From: a bacterium
GTDB taxonomy: Bacteria; Patescibacteriota; Minisyncoccia; Moranbacterales; UBA2206
Length of the DNA stretch: 64,000 bases
Direction: 5' to 3'
Assembly (NCBI GenBank): GCA_030654225.1
Contig: JAURXY010000015.1
Coordinates: forward strand, 397 to 64,396
Each line of letters starts with the position of its first letter. Positions within the stretch are counted from its first letter, which is position 1. The notes under the pieces are model-generated. The model was not told the origin of the DNA. It saw only the letters and a program-made list of their open reading frames with translations, and ran no database searches. A program made the position numbers and the translations under genes. Below, one piece after another: positions 9,051 to 16,991 of this stretch.

Positions 9051-10583
9051 ATGCAAGCAAAAAACAAAATAAAAATTTTTGTTTTTCTTTTTATCTTGCT
9101 TCTGGCAGGTTTTTTTAGTTTTAAAATAAATTGTAAAGCAGAAGAATTTCCACCGGAAGAAACGGAGGATTATTCAAAAATCAAAATCAATGAAATCTAT
9201 CCCGCTCCCAACACCAAAATTGGCGAGGAAGAATTTGTGGAGATAATAGATGAAAGCGAAGAAGAAATTGATTTTTCCAATTGGATAATCAAAGATTCCA
9301 AAGGAGCTAAAGGAAAAATTTCCAAAACCAAAAAGGATGGCGGTTTCGTTGTTTTTTATGGTTCTTTTTCACTTAACAATGATTCTAATGGCGACACAGT
9401 TTTTCTTTATGACAAAAAAGATGCCTTAATCACTAGTCAAAAATATTCCGCTGGGAAAACTGCCTATTCCTATTCCTTTGATGGATCAGCTTGGCGCTGG
9501 ACTTCTTTTGCCACCCCAGGAAAAGAAAATTCTTTTGACAAAATTTTGTCAGGAAAAATAATCCTGAGCGAAAAAATATATCCTAAGATTTATGCTTATT
9601 TTGACGTCAAAACTGACCGCGATGCCCAAAAATTCACTTGGAATTTTGGTGATGGCCACAAAAGTTATTTGAAATCCACCAAACATAAATATGAAAAAAC
9701 TGGAGAATATTCTGCTAGTCTCAAAATTACTGGAAACGGCGAAGACGCGCTTTATGATTTTGTCGTTAAGGTAGAAAAATATAGCGCACCAAAAATTAGT
9801 ATTGTGAATCTTTCTCCGAATCCCAAAGGCAGTGATACAAAAAAAGAATGGATTGAAATTAAAAATGAATCCAAGAAAAAAGTAAATCTCAAGGGTTGGT
9901 CAATTGCTACGGGATGGAAAAAACTCATCAATCATCCTATTCGCGAAAAATTTGAAATCAAGCCCGGCAAAACCAAAAAACTTCTGCGCGACATTTGCGC
10001 CTTTACTCTGGTCAACACCAAAGACAAAATTGAACTGCGTGATCCATCCGGCAAAACTGTGCAAAAAATAAAATATGATCACGGCAAAAAATCCGTTAGC
10101 GAAGACGGGACTTATTCAAAGATTAATGGTAGCTGGGAGTGGATAGAGACACAAAATGACACAGAATTAAAACAGAACAACACAGAAGCCATTGAAAATC
10201 CCCTTCTCCCTCTGGGAGAAGGTGCCCGAAGGGCGGATGAGGGGGCTAGTGCCACAACAGAGGAAGATATTCTTATTATCCCCGACTCCGAAATCCAAGC
10301 CAATCTCGGAAAATATACTACTTCACCAGATTGGCAAAAAAAGCAAAAAGACCGCCTAATTTTGGCTTATTCAAAGCACACCATAACTTTTACCGAAAAC
10401 TTACTCTCTCAAAATACTAGGGTTTTAGGTGTAATGACAGGTTTTAAACCTGTTTCTACGGAAAATTATTATTCTTTCACTACTCCATCAAACCAAAAGC
10501 ATTGGGCAACTTCGTTTTTTGATTCAATTTGGCTAAAGTTAAATTTTTCCATAAATTATATCCTCTTGAAAATTGCAATCTAA
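9051..10583 (+). CDS. Secreted protein with two lamin-tail domains and a PKD domain
   Basis: INEIYPAP..EFVEI and PNPKG...EWIEIKN..VNLKGW (LTD); WNFGDG..HKYEKTGEY (PKD). Confidence 0.82.
   Translation: MQAKNKIKIFVFLFILLLAGFFSFKINCKAEEFPPEETEDYSKIKINEIYPAPNTKIGEEEFVEIIDESEEEIDFSNWIIKDSKGAKGKISKTKKDGGFVVFYGSFSLNNDSNGDTVFLYDKKDALITSQKYSAGKTAYSYSFDGSAWRWTSFATPGKENSFDKILSGKIILSEKIYPKIYAYFDVKTDRDAQKFTWNFGDGHKSYLKSTKHKYEKTGEYSASLKITGNGEDALYDFVVKVEKYSAPKISIVNLSPNPKGSDTKKEWIEIKNESKKKVNLKGWSIATGWKKLINHPIREKFEIKPGKTKKLLRDICAFTLVNTKDKIELRDPSGKTVQKIKYDHGKKSVSEDGTYSKINGSWEWIETQNDTELKQNNTEAIENPLLPLGEGARRADEGASATTEEDILIIPDSEIQANLGKYTTSPDWQKKQKDRLILAYSKHTITFTENLLSQNTRVLGVMTGFKPVSTENYYSFTTPSNQKHWATSFFDSIWLKLNFSINYILLKIAI
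10200..10245. repeat. Intragenic REP-like palindrome
   Basis: CCCCTTCTCCCTCTGGGAGAAGGTGCCCGAAGGGCGGATGAGGGGG, GC-rich, translated as PLLPLGEGARRADEG. Confidence 0.75.
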
Positions 10584-10668
10584 ACTGCTAAGATTAAATT
10601 ATATAATATGCACTAACAATTTCGTACGGAACAATAATTATTGTTCCCTAGCGTAATTTCATGAATCT

Positions 10669-11388
10669 ATGTCAGGACACTCACATTGGGCGGGAATCAA
10701 ACAAAGAAAAGGGGTAAATGACGCTAAGCGCGCCAAGATTTTCACAAAGCTCGCCAAGCCAATTGTCATTGCCGCGCGTGAAGGTGGTGGCAACCCAGAC
10801 ACAAATTTCAAGCTTCGCATGGCTATGAAAAAAGCTCAGGAATTCAATATGCCTAAAGACAATATTGACAAAGCAGTCAAAAAAGGCACAGGTGAAATGA
10901 GTGGCGCAGAAATTGTTGAAATCATCTACGAAGCCAAAGGTCCTGGAAACATCATGATGCTTATCAAGACTTCCACCGACAACAAAAACCGTACAGTGAG
11001 CGAAATCAAAAGCATTCTCACTAAAGCTGGTGGGAAATTTGGTGAATCAGGCAGTTCCATGTGGAATTTTGAGCAAGTCGGTGAAATCACTATTGATCTA
11101 TCCGGCAAAGATGCTGACGAACTCGAAATGCTCGCCATCGAAGCTGGTGCCAAAGACACGAAAATTGATGGCAACTTGCTTTTTGTCTATACCGAAACCC
11201 AAGACCTGCAAAAAGTCCAAGAAAAATTAATGGCAAATAATATTGAAATTTCTGAATCAAATTTAACTTTCCTTCCAAAATCTACCGTCGAAATTGACTC
11301 CGCCACCCAAGAAAGCTACGACAAACTTCTCGAAACTCTTGATGATCAAGAAGATGTGGAGGAGATTTTTGATAATATCGCATCATAA
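10669..11388 (+). CDS. yebC: YebC/PmpR-family protein
   Basis: MSGHSHW..IK..K, GGGNPDTN.KL, TDNKNRT, LDDQEDV. Confidence 0.95.
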   Translation: MSGHSHWAGIKQRKGVNDAKRAKIFTKLAKPIVIAAREGGGNPDTNFKLRMAMKKAQEFNMPKDNIDKAVKKGTGEMSGAEIVEIIYEAKGPGNIMMLIKTSTDNKNRTVSEIKSILTKAGGKFGESGSSMWNFEQVGEITIDLSGKDADELEMLAIEAGAKDTKIDGNLLFVYTETQDLQKVQEKLMANNIEISESNLTFLPKSTVEIDSATQESYDKLLETLDDQEDVEEIFDNIAS

Positions 11389-11453
11389 TCAGACTTGACA
11401 AATAACTATATTAGATTTAATATAGGGAATATAATACCTAAATTAAGCGTAAT

Positions 11454-12581
11454 ATGAAGAATAGAATCATCAAAAAAGCCCTACAAAAGCAGTTTTTTCA
11501 AGGAAAAGCGATTATTTTAGTTGGCGCAAGACAAGTAGGTAAAACTACCTTAACCCAAGATCTAATTAGTAAAAAAGACACTTTGTTTTTTAACTGCGAT
11601 AACCCAAGCGAGCGCGAATCTCTCAATGAAAAAGATTTGGATTATCTAGAAAAAATTATTGATTCAAAAAAAATAATTTTTATTGACGAAGGTCAAAAAG
11701 TAAAAAGTATTGGGCAAACCGTCAAACTTTTAGTGGATAGATTTAAAAAAGAAAAACAAATAATCATCACCGGCTCTTCCAGCATGAATCTGCTTGACCA
11801 GACAGCTGAGGCACTCACAGGAAGAAAAATTGTTTTTAACTTATTTCCGTTAAGTTTAGAAGAGCTTTTTCCTAAAAAAAATCCATTAGAAATTTCAAAA
11901 AATTTGGAAAGTTTGCTTATCTTTGGATCATATCCGGAAGTAATCAACCAAAAATCTTTTGACAAAAAAAGAAACATTTTGGAAGAATTATCTTCATCGA
12001 ATTTATATAAAGACATTTTAGAATTTCAACAAATAAGAAATTCCGCCGTGATTTTCAATCTTCTCAAAGCGCTGGCTTTTCAAGTCGGTTCAGAAGTTTC
12101 CTACAATGAGCTGTCCAATACTATTGGAATAGACAAGAAAACAGTTGAAAAATATATCGATTTGTTGGAAAAAAATTATATCCTCTTTCGTTTACCACCA
12201 TATTACAAAAACAAAAGAAAAGAAATTTCCCAATCTAAAAAAATTTATTTTTACGATCTGGGAATTAGAAATGCTATTATCAATAATTTTAATTTATTGG
12301 ATTTTCGCGATGATATTGGAGCACTTTGGGAAAATTTCATAATCAATGAACGCCTAAAATACCAATCCTATCATAAAATTTATTCCAACAACTATTTTTG
12401 GAGAACCTATACCGGCGTTGAAGTAGATTGGATAGAAGAGCATGATGGAAAACTTTTTGGCTTTGAATTCAAATTTAATCCTAAGAAAAAAATAAAAGCT
12501 CCCGCCTCTTGGCTAGAAACATATCCCGAATCTTCTTGGAAACTAATAAACAAAGAAAACTTCACAGATTTTATCGCATAA
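11454..12581 (+). CDS. AAA_14 + DUF4143 ATP-binding protein
   Basis: GARQVGKTT, FIDEGQ, TGSS, LTGR, KIYFYDLGIRN, WRT..G.EVD, FEFK; own promoter TTGACA (11395)-17-TAATAT. Confidence 0.88.
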   Translation: MKNRIIKKALQKQFFQGKAIILVGARQVGKTTLTQDLISKKDTLFFNCDNPSERESLNEKDLDYLEKIIDSKKIIFIDEGQKVKSIGQTVKLLVDRFKKEKQIIITGSSSMNLLDQTAEALTGRKIVFNLFPLSLEELFPKKNPLEISKNLESLLIFGSYPEVINQKSFDKKRNILEELSSSNLYKDILEFQQIRNSAVIFNLLKALAFQVGSEVSYNELSNTIGIDKKTVEKYIDLLEKNYILFRLPPYYKNKRKEISQSKKIYFYDLGIRNAIINNFNLLDFRDDIGALWENFIINERLKYQSYHKIYSNNYFWRTYTGVEVDWIEEHDGKLFGFEFKFNPKKKIKAPASWLETYPESSWKLINKENFTDFIA

Positions 12582-12589
12582 TTATTTTT

Positions 12590-12634
12590 GAAATCCTTGA
12601 TGATCAAGAAGATGTGAAGGAAATTTTTGATAAT
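12590..12634 (+). repeat. Duplicated 3' end of yebC
   Basis: 41/45 identical to 11332-11376. Confidence 0.85.
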
Positions 12635-13384
12635 TTATAATTTCCCATTCTTTATCCTCGCTAATTCATCTCGAAGCATCATTAGCGTTTCTTGTTTCAA
12701 AATTTTTCGAATCATTTGAAAATTGTCATTTGACAAAAGCATATTCAAATCTTGATCGATAATTTCTTGGGTTATTTTATCTTCAACAAAAACCACCAAA
12801 TCCTCAAAGAATTTTTCTATTGAACATTTTCTTATGTCTTCTATAATTTTTGCATCATAGCGAAAACCATTCCAAAAAAAATAATGAACATCGTATACAT
12901 CGCGACCAGCAATACGGCCATTTTTTTCAAAGCGATTGATAAGTGCCACTAATTTATTCGCCACCATCGTTTCTCTCGTTTGGCAATTCACAATACGATC
13001 AATTTCCTCTAGCTGAGCGCTTTCATATTGATTAAATTGCGGGACAGGAAAGCATATATCTATTTTTAGCGTATTTCTTCCGCTCGCAGAAGTTGGATAT
13101 TTCAAAAAATATTGTGGGACATTACGACTCTTGTCTTTTATCTCCAAGCCAAGCTTTTGAAAAATTTCTTCCATTTTTTCTTGAACTTTTTTGATTTCTT
13201 CTTTTTCACTAATATAATCAAAATCCAAATCCACTGAAAATCGATCCAAAAATCCTCGCATAGCCGCGCAAGTTCCGCCTTTGAAATATAAAACTGTCGA
13301 CAAAAAGGCGTCGTCAAATAGTGCACTTAGAAGACGAAACATCCACGCTTTATGCTCGGCATCTTTTGCAGTTGGGGTAATCAT
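12635..13384 (-). CDS. AbiEii/AbiGii nucleotidyltransferase toxin (type IV TA)
   Basis: FKGGT, RFSVDLDF, NKL.AL, GRDVYD motifs; start set at MITPT. Confidence 0.88.
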   Translation of the reverse strand: MITPTAKDAEHKAWMFRLLSALFDDAFLSTVLYFKGGTCAAMRGFLDRFSVDLDFDYISEKEEIKKVQEKMEEIFQKLGLEIKDKSRNVPQYFLKYPTSASGRNTLKIDICFPVPQFNQYESAQLEEIDRIVNCQTRETMVANKLVALINRFEKNGRIAGRDVYDVHYFFWNGFRYDAKIIEDIRKCSIEKFFEDLVVFVEDKITQEIIDQDLNMLLSNDNFQMIRKILKQETLMMLRDELARIKNGKL

Positions 13385-13410
13385 TTTTTTTGTTTTTTTA
13401 ATTATTATTT

Positions 13411-13998
13411 TTATCGATTTTGTGGATAACCTATTTCTCTTTGAATGGCGCGCACTTTTTTCCAATCAATCAAACGATCGCCGTCAAAATAACATCGGGG
13501 ATTGAAATATAAAATATCCGCCACCGCTCTTTCTGTTGACGCAACCTGCACCCCATTTTCCAAGACAATTCCAGCGTCATTATATAAATATTTATCCGCC
13601 AAACGACGACAACGATATTCTCGACCAGCAACAACAAAAGTTTTCGAAATAGAACTGATGATTGAAGTTTTTGGAATTTCTTGAAAAATTATTCCATTCC
13701 TAGCCAAAATTGTTTCGGTGCTAATATAAGCATAGCGATGCAATATTTTCACTCCCAAAAGAAAAGAATCGATTTTTTCCGCTGGCTGGAGAGAATAAAG
13801 ACCTCTTTGAATTCGCGTAATTAACCCCTCTTTAGCATATCGCTTGAGCGTAGTGTGTAGTGTATTGGGGTTTTTTATCTGCCATAAATTAGCCAAATCG
13901 TCGCAGTGAAAGACTAAAATGCCCATTTTAGCCAACTCAGCAAATCTTTGCTTATATGAGCCTTTATTTAATTTTACGGTATTTTTAACTGTACTCAT
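13411..13998 (-). CDS. AbiEi-family antitoxin
   Basis: wHTH with RIQRGLY, YISTET.L...GII.Q, ASTERAVAD.LY; lies upstream of AbiEii. Confidence 0.82.
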   Translation of the reverse strand: MSTVKNTVKLNKGSYKQRFAELAKMGILVFHCDDLANLWQIKNPNTLHTTLKRYAKEGLITRIQRGLYSLQPAEKIDSFLLGVKILHRYAYISTETILARNGIIFQEIPKTSIISSISKTFVVAGREYRCRRLADKYLYNDAGIVLENGVQVASTERAVADILYFNPRCYFDGDRLIDWKKVRAIQREIGYPQNR

Positions 13999-14033
13999 AT
14001 GTACAGTATAGCAAACTTAGGATGTTTAGTCAA
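13988..14033 (-). promoter_or_regulatory. abiE promoter with an inverted-repeat operator over the start codon
   Basis: TTGACT-17-TATACT, 6 nt before ATG; IR ACTGTAC (13988-13994)/GTACAGT (14001-14007). Confidence 0.7.
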
Positions 14034-14175
14034 CTACTTCCTGCGCGAATCTTGCGCGAATCTTGCGTGAATGATTTATTTGTACTATATTTATCTCATA
14101 AATCAGCGACACCTGAATTATACTAAATGTTCACGTATAAACGAGATATTCAAAATATTATAAAAATTTAAAAAT

Positions 14176-14472
14176 ATGAACATCACTTTTGAAAAAATAG
14201 ACGAAATATTAAAAATTCTCAATATAGGGAAAAGTTTCCGTATTTTTGGTGGAATTGGGCTTTTAATATCTTTATGGACGACAAACGAACTAGCACTAAA
14301 AATATCTTTAATCACTTTCATTTTTGGAGCACTTTCTAGAATAGTAGAAATGATAAACAAAACTCAAAAAATAAAGGATAGTATCCTTTGGCAAATTACT
14401 TTTTGGATGATATTTTTAGTGCTATACACCGTATCAATTAATGTTCAACTAAATATTTTTAAATTTTTATAA
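14176..14472 (+). CDS. Cassette-borne membrane protein (98 aa)
   Basis: Three-TM ORF ending immediately before an AAC box. Confidence 0.65.
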   Translation: MNITFEKIDEILKILNIGKSFRIFGGIGLLISLWTTNELALKISLITFIFGALSRIVEMINKTQKIKDSILWQITFWMIFLVLYTVSINVQLNIFKFL

Positions 14473-14529
14473 TACATCGCCTAACAAGAAATATTCGGTT
14501 CACAAAATTAATTAAATTATTTTAATCCT

Positions 14530-14745
14530 ATGAAGAAAAACTATGTCGTGCTCATCTTGGTTGCCCTTCTTATAGCTGGACTTGCTTTTTATCGATATGA
14601 TTATCGTCCATCTAAAATAAAGCGACAATGCTCCGCAGAAGCTAGATTCGCCTCAAGGGCGACTAATGAACCGAACGATGCAAAAAGACAAGAATACATA
14701 AATAGGTATTACGACGATTGCTTGATGCGATTCGGATTAAAATAA
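14530..14745 (+). CDS. Small secreted Cys-pair protein (71 aa) inside an attC-like loop
   Basis: N-terminal TM; two Cys (..RQC..; YDDCLMRFGL). Confidence 0.65.
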   Translation: MKKNYVVLILVALLIAGLAFYRYDYRPSKIKRQCSAEARFASRATNEPNDAKRQEYINRYYDDCLMRFGLK

Positions 14746-14802
14746 TTTTATTTTTAACGCTTGCTCATCTAAATTTGTCTCCGCTACGCTACGCCAAACT
14801 TC
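14739..14802 (+). repeat. 64-bp repeat, copy 1 (attC-like right arm)
   Basis: AAAATAATTTTATTTTTAACGCTTGCTCATCTAAATTTGTCTCCGCTACGCTACGCCAAACTTC, identical to 15427-15490. Confidence 0.92.
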
Positions 14803-14830
14803 GGATATTCCTAGGCGTTAGCTGAAATAC

Positions 14831-15142
14831 ATGTTTTTTCAAGAATCTATATTTTTGATAATTAATAATCAAACGCATATGATAAACCCAGAAACAAAAA
14901 AAGAATTTACAGAAGCTGAATTATTGCATGTTATCATGGAAGATGTCGGGAGACTTGCAACAATAGAAAATACTCTTCGAGAAGAAGGTGAAAATTTACC
15001 TTTATACAACAGAGTCAGAGGCATTGAAATGCGCACCTATGAAACAGTGAATGTTTTGTTTGCAATAAAACGATTACTTACAGCTCTAACGTGTCTCGTA
15101 GCAGGAATTGCGCTATTATTATTTGCAAAATTCTTTTTTTGA
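14831..15142 (+). CDS. Cassette-borne protein with a C-terminal TM (true start may be 14879)
   Basis: ORF enclosed by 22-bp inverted repeats 14817-14838 / 15156-15177. Confidence 0.62.
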   Translation: MFFQESIFLIINNQTHMINPETKKEFTEAELLHVIMEDVGRLATIENTLREEGENLPLYNRVRGIEMRTYETVNVLFAIKRLLTALTCLVAGIALLLFAKFFF

Positions 15143-15231
15143 AGTTAAAAGTTTTAAAAACATGTACATCAGCTAACACGGCATAGCCGATTCGCTCACT
15201 AAACAAAATTATTTTTAAACTCTTTAAATTT

Positions 15232-15426
15232 ATGAAAGTATTTTTTGATCCAAGATCTTATAAAATTGCAAACGGCAAATGGGTGCCAAAATTCCATAAA
15301 ATCACTCGGGGGTATCCTACTAAGATACAAGAAAATGGTTTCGGCGATAAGCAATTTGACACCAAAGAAGAAGCAAATAAATATGTTATTGAATACTGTT
15401 TACAACAAGGCTATGTTCAGGTATAA
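15232..15426 (+). CDS. Small hypothetical protein (64 aa) inside an attC-like loop
   Basis: ORF fills the space between an AAC box and the 64-bp repeat; F.TKEEA motif. Confidence 0.6.
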   Translation: MKVFFDPRSYKIANGKWVPKFHKITRGYPTKIQENGFGDKQFDTKEEANKYVIEYCLQQGYVQV

Positions 15427-15490
15427 AAAATAATTTTATTTTTAACGCTTGCTCATCTAAATTTGTCTCCGCTACGCTACGCCAAACTTC
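15427..15490 (+). repeat. 64-bp repeat, copy 2
   Basis: Identical to 14739-14802. Confidence 0.92.
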
Positions 15491-15538
15491 TCGCATCACT
15501 AACGTTGTGTCGAAATGTCGCACGCTATAATTTTCATT

Positions 15539-15562
15539 AATAACCCTCCTGGGTTATTTTTT
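15539..15562 (+). terminator. Intrinsic terminator closing the array
   Basis: AATAACCC-TCCT-GGGTTATT followed by T-run. Confidence 0.6.
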
Positions 15563-15620
15563 ATCTCTAAAATAATTCACTGCCCTTTAAAAAAAATTCC
15601 TTTTGAGCTATAATATAGAT

Positions 15621-16181
15621 ATGAAAAATAAATCAAAAACTTCAAAATCAACTTTGCGAATCCTAGGTGTTGATCCTGGGACGGCCACCACTGGTTGGGC
15701 AATATTAGAAGAAAAAAGTGGCGAGATGAAACCCTTGGCCTATGGCCATATTAGCACCAGTCCCGAAAAATCAGATGACGAACGAATTTTGGAAATATCC
15801 AAAGATTTGAAAAATATTATTGAAAAATATCAACCTCAGGAAGCTGGCATTGAAGAAATTTTCTTCTTCAAAAATCAAAAAACCATCATTACTGTGGCTC
15901 AAGCTAGGGGAGCAATTCTATTGACATTAAGGCAAAATAATGTTAGAGTGTCCAATTACACTCCCCTCCAAGTCAAACAGGCGATCACGGGCTATGGGCG
16001 AGCGGATAAAAAACAAATGCAGACTATGACCAAGAGTATTTTGAATTTAGTAGAGTTGCCAAAGCCGGATGACACAGCCGATGCTATTGCGATTGCGCTT
16101 TGCCACATCAATAGTCGAAAAATTAATAACCTTAATCGCGATTCGAATCAACGAATGCATTCGAATCTACGAATAAACTAA
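15621..16181 (+). CDS. ruvC: Holliday junction resolvase RuvC
   Basis: ILGVDPG, IEEIFF, QARG, YTPLQVKQA.TGYG.ADK.Q, PDDTADAIAIA. Confidence 0.96.
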   Translation: MKNKSKTSKSTLRILGVDPGTATTGWAILEEKSGEMKPLAYGHISTSPEKSDDERILEISKDLKNIIEKYQPQEAGIEEIFFFKNQKTIITVAQARGAILLTLRQNNVRVSNYTPLQVKQAITGYGRADKKQMQTMTKSILNLVELPKPDDTADAIAIALCHINSRKINNLNRDSNQRMHSNLRIN

Positions 16182-16231
16182 ACAAAAATTCGTAGATTCG
16201 AGAATTCGCATATATTTGTAGATTCGAATCG
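16136..16231. repeat. Palindromic (T/A)CGAA short-repeat cluster (empty site)
   Basis: CGATTCGAATC..CGAATCTACGAAT / ATTCGTAGATTCG..GATTCGAATCG. Confidence 0.75.
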
Positions 16232-16239
16232 GTATAATT

Positions 16240-16890
16240 ATGAATACTAGTCCAATAATTGATTTTTTTCTTGGCCAAGGAGTGCCATTCACCACAGTTA
16301 TTCTCATTCTAATGTTGCCAATAATTGCTACTTTCATCGCCTTCCTTCGCCAAGTAGTGGGCATTAAAGCTTTTGGAATTTATGCTCCATTGATCGTGAC
16401 TTTTGCCTTTCTGGCGACCAATGGCTTGAAATATGGTATCGCCATTTTTGTTACTGTCATTTTTTCTGGCATGCTGATGCGTTTTGTCTTGAAGCCTTTT
16501 CGTTTGCTCTACCTTCCTCGTGTGGCCATTATGCTCACGGCGGTGGCTATTTTGATTTTAGGAATTTTGGTTATTGGTGGAGAATTCAAAAGAACGGGGT
16601 TGGCGGCGGTTTCTATTTTCCCAATTCTAATTATGATAACGATTGTGGAAAAATTTGTAGCAGTGCAAATTGAAAAAGGTGACAAAGCGGCAATAGTTTT
16701 GGCTATTGAAACTTTGGTCATTTCTATTCTAGGTTTTTTTATCGCGAGCTCCAGTACCCTCATTCACTTTTTAGCCCTTTATCCTTGGGCAGTGCTTTTT
16801 ACTATTCCTATTAATATAATGCTCGGCAAATGGACGGGACTGCGCGTTAGCGAATATTTTCGCTTTCGCAAGATAATGAAGAATCTATGA
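16240..16890 (+). CDS. 7TM protein of the inactive-transglutaminase-associated family
   Basis: LMLPI.A...RQVVGIKAFG..P, LLYLPR, FPILIM...E, GKWTGLR.SEY.RF. Confidence 0.85.
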   Translation: MNTSPIIDFFLGQGVPFTTVILILMLPIIATFIAFLRQVVGIKAFGIYAPLIVTFAFLATNGLKYGIAIFVTVIFSGMLMRFVLKPFRLLYLPRVAIMLTAVAILILGILVIGGEFKRTGLAAVSIFPILIMITIVEKFVAVQIEKGDKAAIVLAIETLVISILGFFIASSSTLIHFLALYPWAVLFTIPINIMLGKWTGLRVSEYFRFRKIMKNL

Positions 16891-16982
16891 CCGACACGAA
16901 ATTACGAAACAAGAACGAATCTACGAACAAAAATCAAAAAACATTTTCGTAGATTCGCATTAAATTCGTAGATTCGCATCGG
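16891..16982. repeat. Palindromic CGAA short-repeat cluster (empty site)
   Basis: ACGAATCTACGAA / TTCGTAGATTCG repeats with CCGA...TCGG ends. Confidence 0.75.
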
Positions 16983-16991
16983 ACAATTATT

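Larger units (their letters stand above)
14130..15516 (+). mobile_element. Integron-like cassette array without integrase (CALIN-like)
   Basis: Four small co-oriented ORFs; AAC boxes (GCCTAAC 14479, AGCTAAC 15171), GTT boxes (14817, 15504) and two identical 64-bp repeats. Confidence 0.68.

Noticed and set aside
13421-13429. Isolated DnaA boxes at 13421, 29256 and 63009 as extra origins
   Set aside because: Single 9-mers without clustering; may be chance or local regulation.
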